From the IMG/VR virus record IMGVR_UViG_3300031519_004485, positions 1-45,719 of that record: 45,719 bases of DNA; one strand, written 5' to 3'. A program made the position numbers and the translations under genes. Source of the DNA: a virus (lineage: Duplodnaviria; Caudoviricetes). A model generated the notes under the pieces. It made no database searches, had not been told where the DNA came from, and saw only the letters and a program-made list of their open reading frames with translations. Below, piece by piece: positions 36,595 through 45,387 of this stretch (its first letter is position 1; each line of letters starts with the position of its first letter).

Positions 36595-37160
36595 TGCCTG
36601 ATATTGACATTGACTTTGCAGACAGAGATATTATACTATCTCAACTAGAACATCGTGTGGCAAAGTTAAACACAGGTAAGAAGCACAACACCGGAGTCTA
36701 CGCAACAGAGATTCCACACAACCCTATTGACAACTTGGCTACGGTTGAACATAAGGCAGCAGACGAACGTGGCTATTTTAAATTAGACTTCCTTAACGTA
36801 AGCATCTATAAAGACGTTAAGGATAATGAACACTTAACACAATTAATGGAAAGGGAACCACTATGGCAACTTCTGGAACACACGGACTTCAGCGACAAAG
36901 TCTTTCATCTAAACGGGCACGGCGAACTATTGAAGCAATTGAAGCCGTCGTCGGTACAACAATTAGCAGCGACACTAGCAATCATTCGTCCAGCGAAACG
37001 GTATCTATCGAAGAGCAATTGGAATTTGATTTTTCAAGAAGTGTGGACGAAACCTGAGGAAGGGTATTACTTTAAGAAAGCGCATGCCATTTCTTATGCA
37101 ATGGCGTGTGTGGTACACATGAATTTATTGTGTGAGCAATTAAAATCCGGAAGTAAATAA
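36594..37160 (+). CDS. Miniature DNA polymerase III alpha (DnaE, family C) catalytic-core protein, 188 aa
   Basis: PDIDIDF, KHNTGVY, GYFKLDFL, LKP....LAATLAIIRP, YYFKKAHAISYA in canonical DnaE order; AGGAGG RBS. Confidence 0.85.
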   Translation: MPDIDIDFADRDIILSQLEHRVAKLNTGKKHNTGVYATEIPHNPIDNLATVEHKAADERGYFKLDFLNVSIYKDVKDNEHLTQLMEREPLWQLLEHTDFSDKVFHLNGHGELLKQLKPSSVQQLAATLAIIRPAKRYLSKSNWNLIFQEVWTKPEEGYYFKKAHAISYAMACVVHMNLLCEQLKSGSK

Positions 37161-37916
37161 ATGTTTTTTAAAAATGTTAAGATAATTAAATACACCCAGG
37201 CAAGAAATAAAGTACTATTTCAATGTGATGAAGAGTTTTTTAATAACTGGGGAATTTATAATTTGTTGTCCTGTAACGAAATAGGATACAATGTACATCT
37301 TCATCTTATTAATCCTTCTGAGCCATTCTTAACAAAAATTTTAAATATTAATTTAGACATCGAATTATCTATTAGCACTGAAACACTAGATACTAATATT
37401 AATTTTTATAAACTAAAAAGTTATTATTTTGTATCTCGTTATTATATTTCTAGTTTACTATTTGATTTAGATTTAGTAGATAAGTTATACATCACAGATG
37501 CTGATATTATCTTTAATGAAAAACTTAATATGCCTGCTGATACAACCTTAGGAATTTTGTATTATCCGTTAGCTAACAACCTTTGGAAACAAACAGGCGC
37601 TAATATTTTATTTGTAACTAAGCAACGCAATGATTATTTAAAAAAAGTATTAGCTGATTATGAAATTAGATTGATGTCTACAGACTTTGATGCTATTACT
37701 GTTACATTAGATAAAATTACTAAAGCTAATGCGTATGCGTTAGATCAAGTTTGCATGTCGCATGTCTTAAAAAATGAAAAAGATTTTCTTAATTTAAATT
37801 CCATTGACAATTTTATTGGCAAAGACGACTCGTATAAAATATGGTCATTAACTGGCGGCCACCAAAAAGCTAGAGATGATATTAAAGAAAAATTAAAATT
37901 AAGATTTGGGGTTTAA
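37161..37916 (+). CDS. Glycosyltransferase-like protein (GT-A, DxD)
   Basis: HLHLIN, SRY, YITDADIIF, LDQ, KIWS; very AT-rich. Confidence 0.55.
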   Translation: MFFKNVKIIKYTQARNKVLFQCDEEFFNNWGIYNLLSCNEIGYNVHLHLINPSEPFLTKILNINLDIELSISTETLDTNINFYKLKSYYFVSRYYISSLLFDLDLVDKLYITDADIIFNEKLNMPADTTLGILYYPLANNLWKQTGANILFVTKQRNDYLKKVLADYEIRLMSTDFDAITVTLDKITKANAYALDQVCMSHVLKNEKDFLNLNSIDNFIGKDDSYKIWSLTGGHQKARDDIKEKLKLRFGV

Positions 37917-38284
37917 CTTTTTGGACGTCTAACTAATTGAACGCTTTTGCGTTTGATGCGTTTAACTGATAGGTTACTTAAATTAACACATGGACCTACG
38001 GTTACTTTTACATCTTTACTATTCATAGTCATTACTGCATATGCATAAGGTGCTACCTCGTTGCGCAGAAATATATTAATAGGAATTAATCTATTTGACT
38101 CCCACCACCAACTATCACCTAGTTCTAAAAATGCGTTACGTTCTTCAATTGTCTTGAGTGAAGTGTATATGTACATACTAGTAATGTATTGGTCTTGATT
38201 AGCAATGATGCCGACATACTCGTTGCCACCGTAAGTGACCACGCTTATGAATGGAAAATTCGTTTCAATATCTTTTAATAACAT
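37913..38284 (-). CDS. Hypothetical protein (123 aa)
   Basis: FPFISV, EYVGII, WWWESNRLIPI; start reassigned to ATG 38284; minus-strand TAAATA at 38324-38329. Confidence 0.75.
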   Translation of the reverse strand: MLLKDIETNFPFISVVTYGGNEYVGIIANQDQYITSMYIYTSLKTIEERNAFLELGDSWWWESNRLIPINIFLRNEVAPYAYAVMTMNSKDVKVTVGPCVNLSNLSVKRIKRKSVQLVRRPKS

Positions 38285-38305
38285 AGGTTCCCGATAAATA
38301 AAGTT

Positions 38306-39088
38306 ATGCAACTAACACCTAGATATTTAGTCAATAATAGAACAACCATTGTAACTAATGAAGCAGGATTCATAACGGAGTACAAGCCAGTGTATCAACG
38401 ACAATTAAAAGTCTATAGAGGAATCAATAATGTACTTGATTTTAAAGTTTTAAACGCAGATCAAAAACCAATTGATGTGTCTGCGTACACACCTAAGTTC
38501 CAAGCATTTGATGAGAACAACAGATTAATTTTAGAATACAACGGCACTGCTGTTCCTAGTGATGATAGCAGTTTGATTAGAGGATTGTTTCAAGTCACAG
38601 TTAGCGAAAATGATTTATTAAACGTTAAGCAACAGTATATAAAATATAATATACATCTTGTAGATGCAGCTAACTCAGCAACACTTACCTATACAGATAC
38701 ACACTTCGGAATGGACGGAATTATATATGTAAGTAGTCAAGCATTTCCTGGACCATCAGCAAGTCTTAGTATTTCAGCCTTTGCTGCACACAGTGATAAC
38801 TCCTGGTATACAGGTTCTGTAATTGCACAACCTGCAATTAACGGTAACGAAGCATTGCATACTGCTGTAGTTTATACAAACGCATACCAAGGCGAAGTAG
38901 TAGTACAAGCAACGTTAGATAACCAAGTAACAGATAATACATCATGGGCAGATGTTGCAACAGTAGTATTAAGCGGCACTGAGTCAGAACCAACACCTGT
39001 TAATTTTAACGGAGTGTTTAGTCATTTAAGATTTAAAGCAACTGCAAACCCTGCAGACAAAATAACAAAAATTTTAATAAGGAATTAA
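38306..39088 (+). CDS. Probable virion structural protein (beta-sandwich-like)
   Basis: TAAATA 5 nt upstream; alternating beta-strand pattern; VQATL, NFNGVFSHLRF. Confidence 0.6.
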   Translation: MQLTPRYLVNNRTTIVTNEAGFITEYKPVYQRQLKVYRGINNVLDFKVLNADQKPIDVSAYTPKFQAFDENNRLILEYNGTAVPSDDSSLIRGLFQVTVSENDLLNVKQQYIKYNIHLVDAANSATLTYTDTHFGMDGIIYVSSQAFPGPSASLSISAFAAHSDNSWYTGSVIAQPAINGNEALHTAVVYTNAYQGEVVVQATLDNQVTDNTSWADVATVVLSGTESEPTPVNFNGVFSHLRFKATANPADKITKILIRN

Positions 39089-39838
39089 ATGTCTACTCTA
39101 GTTATAACTACGTTTTCAGAAGACGGTTACTACTTGTATGGGAAAAAATTAATTGAGACTTGGCAACAGTATTGGCCAGCTAGTGGATACACATTACGAA
39201 TATATGCTGAGCATAATTTAGTAGTTGACGATCCAAGGATTGAAATAATTAATCTAAATGACGTAAGTCCAAAGTTACTTGCATTTAAAAAAAATTGTAA
39301 CATTAGTCTTGAATCAGAAACTAACAAAAAGTTAATCCATAAAATAGAAAAGACAGTAAAGTGGTGTCATAAAGTTTATGCAATCGAACATGCATTACAT
39401 AGCAATCACGATTATCTTATATACTTAGACGGAGACACTTATACTATAAACAATGTCCATCCAGGGGCATTAGAATCATTATCAGAAAAATGTTTGTTTA
39501 GTGTACACTTTGAAAGACTAAAAGGTATGGCACACTATGAAACTGGATTACTTATATTCAACAAGCATCATGAACAAATAGACGACCTAAAAGAACATAT
39601 TACTAGTGCATACGACACTGGCGAAATATTTGAACTTCCTAAGAGCTGGGACGGTTTTTGGTTTGCTGTACTGCACGAGCGTAGAGGATATCAAGTTAGA
39701 GATCTTGCTGGCGGAAAATTTAGAGGAGTCTTTACTAATCCAGTTGTAAAGAAGATCCTTGTGCATCTAGCAGGAAACGACAAGTACGAAGGCCAAGGCT
39801 TTAATACATTTTCTGGTAAAAAAATACTCCAAAACTGA
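39089..39838 (+). CDS. GT-A glycosyltransferase-like protein, paralog of 26177-27022
   Basis: VITTF..G...YG, PKLLAFK, KWCHKVYA, YLDGDT, ETG, WDGFWF, HLAG align with the 26177 protein. Confidence 0.72.
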   Translation: MSTLVITTFSEDGYYLYGKKLIETWQQYWPASGYTLRIYAEHNLVVDDPRIEIINLNDVSPKLLAFKKNCNISLESETNKKLIHKIEKTVKWCHKVYAIEHALHSNHDYLIYLDGDTYTINNVHPGALESLSEKCLFSVHFERLKGMAHYETGLLIFNKHHEQIDDLKEHITSAYDTGEIFELPKSWDGFWFAVLHERRGYQVRDLAGGKFRGVFTNPVVKKILVHLAGNDKYEGQGFNTFSGKKILQN

Positions 39839-39867
39839 TTGACACATGGATACATTAATGCTATAAT
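39839..39867 (+). promoter_or_regulatory. Sigma70-consensus promoter for primase, leaderless geometry
   Basis: TTGACA, 17 nt, (TGc)TATAAT, AACAGC, ATG. Confidence 0.88.
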
Positions 39868-39873
39868 AACAGC

Positions 39874-40854
39874 ATGAGTATTGTATCTGACATCATCATA
39901 GCACACCTGCCTGGTAAGCGCAAGACCACACCTAGTGGTTGGACTAGCTTTAACGCACCCTGCTGTCATCACAATGGCAATGCAATGGACAAACGTGGAC
40001 GTGGTGGACTTATTAGCGAAGGAGACACAGTAAGCTATCACTGCTTTAATTGTGGATATAAAGCTAGTTGGCAACCAGGCAGAGCGGTGTCTGTGAAGCT
40101 GCGTAAGCTTCTACAGTGGCTCGGTTGTAGTGATGATACAATAACTAAAATGACTTTTGATGTAATGCGCATAAACGAAGGTGTGCAAGTAGCAGAGCGT
40201 AAGATAGAGATACCTACGTTTGAAACTGTGCCGTTGCCAGACGATGCTATTCGTATTGCAGACATTACAGAGTTTAATAAGTTTAGCATAGCTATAGTTG
40301 AATACATGGCAGCACGACACTTGAACTTAGATGATACTGATTACTATTGGTGCCCAAGTCTAGCATACAGAGATAGATTAATTATTCCGTTCTACTATGA
40401 GAATCGTATAATAGGTTGGACTGGTAGAACTATTACAGCAGACAAAAAGCCCAAGTACATGAACGAACAACAACCGGGCTTTGTATATGGACTAGACAAA
40501 CAAACGTATGATAAAGAGTTTGCTATACTTGTTGAAGGTCCAATGGATGCTATTCACATAGACGGATGTGCGCTAGGTGGAAGTGAGATTAACGATGCAC
40601 AAGCATTACTACTTAACAGACTGAGTAAAGAGATTGTTGTTGTGCCTGATAGAGACCATGCAGGCAAGAAGCTTGTAGAAGATGCTATCGGCAGAGGATG
40701 GGGAGTTAGTATGCCCGAATGGGATCAAGAGATTAATGACGTCGGCGATTGTGTAGATAAGTACGGGAGACTATATGCATTATATAGCATTGCTAGTGCA
40801 GCAGAAACTAGCCCACTTAAAATTAGACTGAGAGCAAAGAAATGGTTCGTATGA
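39874..40854 (+). CDS. DNA primase (T4 gp61/DnaG-like)
   Basis: Zn-binding APCC...YHCFNC, RLIIPF, GWTGR, PKY, TOPRIM VEGPMDA and PDRD..G. Confidence 0.92.
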   Translation: MSIVSDIIIAHLPGKRKTTPSGWTSFNAPCCHHNGNAMDKRGRGGLISEGDTVSYHCFNCGYKASWQPGRAVSVKLRKLLQWLGCSDDTITKMTFDVMRINEGVQVAERKIEIPTFETVPLPDDAIRIADITEFNKFSIAIVEYMAARHLNLDDTDYYWCPSLAYRDRLIIPFYYENRIIGWTGRTITADKKPKYMNEQQPGFVYGLDKQTYDKEFAILVEGPMDAIHIDGCALGGSEINDAQALLLNRLSKEIVVVPDRDHAGKKLVEDAIGRGWGVSMPEWDQEINDVGDCVDKYGRLYALYSIASAAETSPLKIRLRAKKWFV

Positions 40855-40979
40855 TAAAGAAGATATTAAAAAAGATATGGGACATTATAGCATGGCCTTA
40901 TCGTAGAGTCAAAGAAGAAATTAAGTTCCGCAAGCGAATGAAAGAATTGCGCAAGCGCGATCCGTTCATCTATAAATGA
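40851..40979 (+). CDS. Small basic protein (42 aa), absent from the ORF track
   Basis: MIKKILKKIWDIIAWPYRRVKEEIKFRKRMKELRKRDPFIYK; ATGA overlaps at both ends. Confidence 0.75.
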   Translation: MIKKILKKIWDIIAWPYRRVKEEIKFRKRMKELRKRDPFIYK

Positions 40980-41185
40980 TTGACGCAGTAGGTGCAGCAC
41001 AAGTTGTAAGCAGCTTTAAACAACACCAATATGTCGGAGATGATATACATGTATCGCATGTTAAGCATGTAGAACATGCAGGTGCCAAGGTGGTAGAATC
41101 AGTTGAGTATGTAACATACAATGCACAGGGAAGATATGAAGATCCTTACAAACAGCCAGGAGCAGCAGTGGATATAATAATATGA
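40976..41185 (+). CDS. Hypothetical protein (69 aa)
   Basis: ATGA-coupled on both sides. Confidence 0.65.
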   Translation: MIDAVGAAQVVSSFKQHQYVGDDIHVSHVKHVEHAGAKVVESVEYVTYNAQGRYEDPYKQPGAAVDIII

Positions 41186-42141
41186 TAACGTGGGGCATTG
41201 TCGCTAACAGCCACGACGCAAGCATTGCAGTATTTAAAGACGATAACCTAAAGTGGGCAGGACTTGCTAAAGACTTTAGTAAGATACCAAACGATCCACA
41301 CCTTAACAAGAAGCTAATACGTAGAGCAATGCGGCTTGGTAAACCTAATAAAGTTATTTGGTATGAGCGCCCATTCCTTAAAACACTAAGACAGTTTTAT
41401 GCAGGACAGGGCTGGTTATACAAAGAGAACAACATACATCGTTATCTAACAGAGTACGGTATTCATTGCCCAATAGAATATACCCAACACCACTTGAGCC
41501 ATGCAGCCTATGCGTACTACACGCAACCCGAAGACAATTGTGCAGTAATATGTTTAGACAGCATTGGCGAGTTCGAGACCCTGACAATATGGCACGGAAA
41601 GAACAACACGCTAAAGAAGATACACAGTCAGGGCTATCCACATAGCTTGGGACTTTTCTATAGTGCTATGACACAACGACTAGGCTTACAAGCACAACGT
41701 GATGAATACTTAGTAGCCCAATGGGGAGCCAAAGGAGATAAGCATAGGTTCTTCTTTGATATGATGAAAGAGCTAGTAGAAACAAATGGCATGGGAGCCA
41801 ACCCTTTCATTAAGATGCGAGAGAATATGCATCGAGGTGTTAGCTGGTGGAGACCTGAACTAACTAGCCAAGAAGACTTGAATGACATTGCAGCAGCCAC
41901 ACAAGCAGTGTTTGAATATTGTGTGCTTAATATAGCAGCATGGACTAAGATAAGAACATTTTCTCCTAATCTAGCACTAGCAGGCGGCGGAGCACTTAAC
42001 CGTGACGCAGTAGACTTGCTTAGGCCTAAATGGGATACAGTGCATGTACCACAGAACCCAGGAGACCCTGGAAGCTGTATAGGCGCAGTACTTGCTAAAA
42101 CACAACAACGAATTAAACTTGACAAACAATGGCATAGGTAG
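41182..42141 (+). CDS. Carbamoyltransferase (NodU/CmcH/TobZ family), Kae1-like domain only
   Basis: HDAS, YERP, HHLSHAA, DSIGE, HSLGLFYS, AGGGALN, PGDPGSCIGA; ends before the YrdC-like domain. Confidence 0.85.
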   Translation: MITWGIVANSHDASIAVFKDDNLKWAGLAKDFSKIPNDPHLNKKLIRRAMRLGKPNKVIWYERPFLKTLRQFYAGQGWLYKENNIHRYLTEYGIHCPIEYTQHHLSHAAYAYYTQPEDNCAVICLDSIGEFETLTIWHGKNNTLKKIHSQGYPHSLGLFYSAMTQRLGLQAQRDEYLVAQWGAKGDKHRFFFDMMKELVETNGMGANPFIKMRENMHRGVSWWRPELTSQEDLNDIAAATQAVFEYCVLNIAAWTKIRTFSPNLALAGGGALNRDAVDLLRPKWDTVHVPQNPGDPGSCIGAVLAKTQQRIKLDKQWHR

Positions 42142-42147
42142 TATAAT
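42119..42147 (+). promoter_or_regulatory. Sigma70-consensus promoter for helicase, leaderless geometry
   Basis: TTGACA, 17 nt, TATAAT, AACAGT, ATG. Confidence 0.88.
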
Positions 42148-42153
42148 AACAGT

Positions 42154-43605
42154 ATGACAACTAGACAAAATACAGATTACGGTTACGATATACAGCGAGT
42201 GTATCTAGAAATGTTTATGACAGATGCTGAGAGCTTTGTACGCTGTCAGGGTGTGTTTGATCCAGAGACATTTGATAGGCGTTTGATTGAACCTGCAAAG
42301 TTTGTTAAGAGCTATGTAGATGAACACAATGCATTGCCTACATTTGATATGGTTAATGCAGCAACACAAAGTGATTTGAAACATCCGGGTGACTTGATGG
42401 AGAATCACTATGACTGGTTGCTACAAGACTTTGAAACGTTTAGTAAGCACAAAGCATTAGAAGCGGCTATCTTACAAAGTGCAGACTTGCTTGAAAAGGG
42501 CGAGTATGGCGCATGTGAAGATTTGGTCAAGCAGGCTGTGCAAATTGGTTTGCAAAAAGACTTGGGTACAGATTACTTCTTAGACCCTAGGGCAAGACTA
42601 AACGCTATCAAAGATAAGAACGGACAGATTAGTACAGGCTGGCCCACACTGGATAAGAAATTGTTTGGTGGCTTTAATAGAGGCGAGCTTAACATCTTTG
42701 CAGGCGGGTCTGGCTCAGGTAAGAGTTTGTTCCTAGCTAACATGGGTGTGAACTGGTGCCTACAAGGCCTTAACGTAATGTACTTGACGTTTGAGCTTAG
42801 TGAGAACTTGGTTAGTATGCGGCTTGACAGTATGGTATCAGACATTCCTAGTCGTGATGTGTTTAAGAGTCTTGACGATGTTGAGATGAAAGTTAAGATG
42901 ATTGGCAAGAAGAGTGGTGCATTCCAAGTTAAGTATATGCCCACAGGCAAGACAGCAAACGATGTACGTGCATACTTGAAAGAGTATGAGATTAAAACAG
43001 GACGTAAGATTGACGTACTATTGATTGACTACTTAGATCTTATGCATCCAATTGGACAAAAGATTAGCGCAGAGAACTTGTTTGTTAAAGACAAGTATGT
43101 ATCAGAAGAACTACGTAACCTAGCAATGGAACTTAATACAATCTTTGTTACAGCGTCACAGTTGAACAGAGCAGCAGTTGAAGAAATTGAATTTGATCAC
43201 AGTATGATCTCAGGTGGTATATCTAAGATTAATACAGCAGACAACTTGATTGGTATCTTTACAAGTAGAGCAATGCGTGAGCGTGGACGCTATCAGATTC
43301 AGTTAATGAAGACACGTTCGAGTAGTGGTGTTGGTATGAAGGTTGATCTAGCATTTAATGTAGACACACTACGCATTGAAGACCTAGGTGAAGATGATCA
43401 AGAGAACAGCGGCGGCACCAACTATGGAAGTGCAAGCACTAGTGCAAGCTCGATTGTTAGTTCACTCAAGCGCAACAATGCAAATGCAGGCAGTACTGGA
43501 ACAGTAAGCACTGATCCTGTAGACGGTGAACCAGCTAAAAAAATAACAGCACAAACAGACTCAACTAAACTGCGAGCGTTCTTAAACAATCTAGGCGACG
43601 AGTAA
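42154..43605 (+). CDS. Replicative DNA helicase (T4 gp41/DnaB-like)
   Basis: ISTGW..LD, GGSGSGKS Walker A, FELSE, IDYLDL, EELRNLA, TASQLNR, KTR. Confidence 0.95.
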   Translation: MTTRQNTDYGYDIQRVYLEMFMTDAESFVRCQGVFDPETFDRRLIEPAKFVKSYVDEHNALPTFDMVNAATQSDLKHPGDLMENHYDWLLQDFETFSKHKALEAAILQSADLLEKGEYGACEDLVKQAVQIGLQKDLGTDYFLDPRARLNAIKDKNGQISTGWPTLDKKLFGGFNRGELNIFAGGSGSGKSLFLANMGVNWCLQGLNVMYLTFELSENLVSMRLDSMVSDIPSRDVFKSLDDVEMKVKMIGKKSGAFQVKYMPTGKTANDVRAYLKEYEIKTGRKIDVLLIDYLDLMHPIGQKISAENLFVKDKYVSEELRNLAMELNTIFVTASQLNRAAVEEIEFDHSMISGGISKINTADNLIGIFTSRAMRERGRYQIQLMKTRSSSGVGMKVDLAFNVDTLRIEDLGEDDQENSGGTNYGSASTSASSIVSSLKRNNANAGSTGTVSTDPVDGEPAKKITAQTDSTKLRAFLNNLGDE

Positions 43606-44190
43606 ATGAATCTACAAACACTGTTTCCTACACCATTTGTACAAATTGAAAATCCTTATCTAGCAGCTCGTGTTCGTCCTTTGATTAACACGATACTAGA
43701 CGACCCGCAGTATCACAGCAGCATTATGAACTACACAAGTACGTTTGATCCTATGAACAAAATAGAAGATCAAATTGAACTAGCACAGCCTTTGGTAAGC
43801 ATGAAAGAGTATCTGTTCGATCTAGGCGTAGCATTTTTAAATCAAGCAGGCTACCAAACAGATCTAATGCATCTAGGCTGCGAATTACATTTTAATAGAA
43901 TCAATCAAGGACAAAGCCACCAGAAGCATTTACACTCAGGTAACATTGTAGCTAGTGGAACTTTCTATGTTGACTTCCCCACAGGCAGTAGTCCACTAGT
44001 ACTACACGATCCTAGACTGCACAGAGAGATGGTATCCTATCCTATGCGAGTTACCGAATGGAGCAAGCGACGACACTATACGGAACTTCGAACAGGAAGT
44101 ATCTGTATCATGGAAGGTTATCTACAACACGAAGTAGAAACTAATTCTACTAACGGACGCACAGTGGTGTTGTTCAATCTAGTAAACTAG
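43606..44190 (+). CDS. Putative 2OG-Fe(II) oxygenase
   Basis: LFPTP, HQKHLH, SGTFYV, DPR, LQHEV, R....FN. Confidence 0.82.
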   Translation: MNLQTLFPTPFVQIENPYLAARVRPLINTILDDPQYHSSIMNYTSTFDPMNKIEDQIELAQPLVSMKEYLFDLGVAFLNQAGYQTDLMHLGCELHFNRINQGQSHQKHLHSGNIVASGTFYVDFPTGSSPLVLHDPRLHREMVSYPMRVTEWSKRRHYTELRTGSICIMEGYLQHEVETNSTNGRTVVLFNLVN

Positions 44191-44191
44191 T

Positions 44192-44452
44192 ATGCAATAT
44201 TATCTAGGATCATGCGACTACAAGTGGACACACAAAGATACCCCTGCAGAAATTGTATGGGTACGCAGACAACTAGGTGATCAACTGTTTCTAGAATGTA
44301 GTCAACCTGGATTTAGATTATACTATACACACAGCAGCAGCGCTCACCTACCTGGTGACATATACTGTAGTTGCAGAATATATGTAGAGATTGATTCTAG
44401 CAAGCAAGCCACACTGTTTGCTCTCAAAGGTCACCCTCAACCGGACAGCTAA
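44192..44452 (+). CDS. Hypothetical protein (86 aa)
   Basis: Follows the oxygenase by 1 nt; ATLFALK end. Confidence 0.65.
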   Translation: MQYYLGSCDYKWTHKDTPAEIVWVRRQLGDQLFLECSQPGFRLYYTHSSSAHLPGDIYCSCRIYVEIDSSKQATLFALKGHPQPDS

Positions 44453-44655
44453 GCCGACCAAGCGCGAAGCGTCAACGCTAGAAGCTAGACTTTTAGCAAA
44501 ATTTTTAAGCCTCTTAAACTACACAGTTAACTCAATATAGTATCAGTGTACATAATACACCTATAGAAAAAGAAACTACAGACCCACTACGACAACTACA
44601 TTGCAACACTATGCATCATACCGTAATACATGATTTGAAATTTAAAGGCATTTTA

Positions 44656-44868
44656 TTACAATACCTTGATAGTATATCTAGAGTTTCCACACAGTGTTAA
44701 CTGAGCAAGCATACAGTGCCTAGCTGATTCAAACTCTAGTATATCATATTCAGGTTGAGTTGACTCTATACGCAACTGTACAAACAACTCTATTGATAGT
44801 GCAAACACTAGTGCGTCAATGGCTTGTATGTTAGTAACTGGTTTAAACTGTAGTTGTATCTTGTGCAT
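44656..44868 (-). CDS. Hypothetical protein (70 aa)
   Basis: ATG 44868 lies 4 nt downstream of a minus-strand TAAATA (44873-44878). Confidence 0.55.
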   Translation of the reverse strand: MHKIQLQFKPVTNIQAIDALVFALSIELFVQLRIESTQPEYDILEFESARHCMLAQLTLCGNSRYTIKVL

Positions 44869-45387
44869 AACGTATTTACACCTTGCTCGGATCGGTGACT
44901 TGCACATATACAACAGTAGACTATGTGTGTATATACACTAGAGCTAAAGCTCTAACACGCTACGCTAGTTCGCTTGCGTGTGTGTGCTTCGCGAAAAGGG
45001 TTGTACAGTGTATAAAAAAATATGCGCAAAAAAATTAGGACTGTGATTATATATAGAGAAAGGGTTTTGTATGATAAAAAAATGTTGCGCAGTTTTTTGT
45101 GGTGAAGTACTTACAGAAGTGAGGTGGTGATTTGTAACCATGGCATTTTTAAAAGTGTGCATTAAGCGCATAGCTAAGTGTTTGAAAACATTAACATATA
45201 ACCCTGACCCCTCTCTTTTTATTTTATATATGCCGACCCCTCGAGAAATATTTTTTATTTTATTAGTCTCCCCTGGTCAAGAAAAAAGGAAAGTATTTCT
45301 ACTCTCCCTTCTCTCATTGTCTACAGTGTTGTCTAGGCTGCTGGTTACCCTACGTAACACAGCACCCCCTAGTGGGTATGCCTACTG

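Noticed and set aside
44965-45171. 68-aa minus-strand ORF
   Set aside because: No RBS, derived from A/T tracts; more likely non-coding
44453-45387. tRNA or other known ncRNA in the intergenic region
   Set aside because: No cloverleaf or T-loop pattern seen by eye; a covariance-model search was not run
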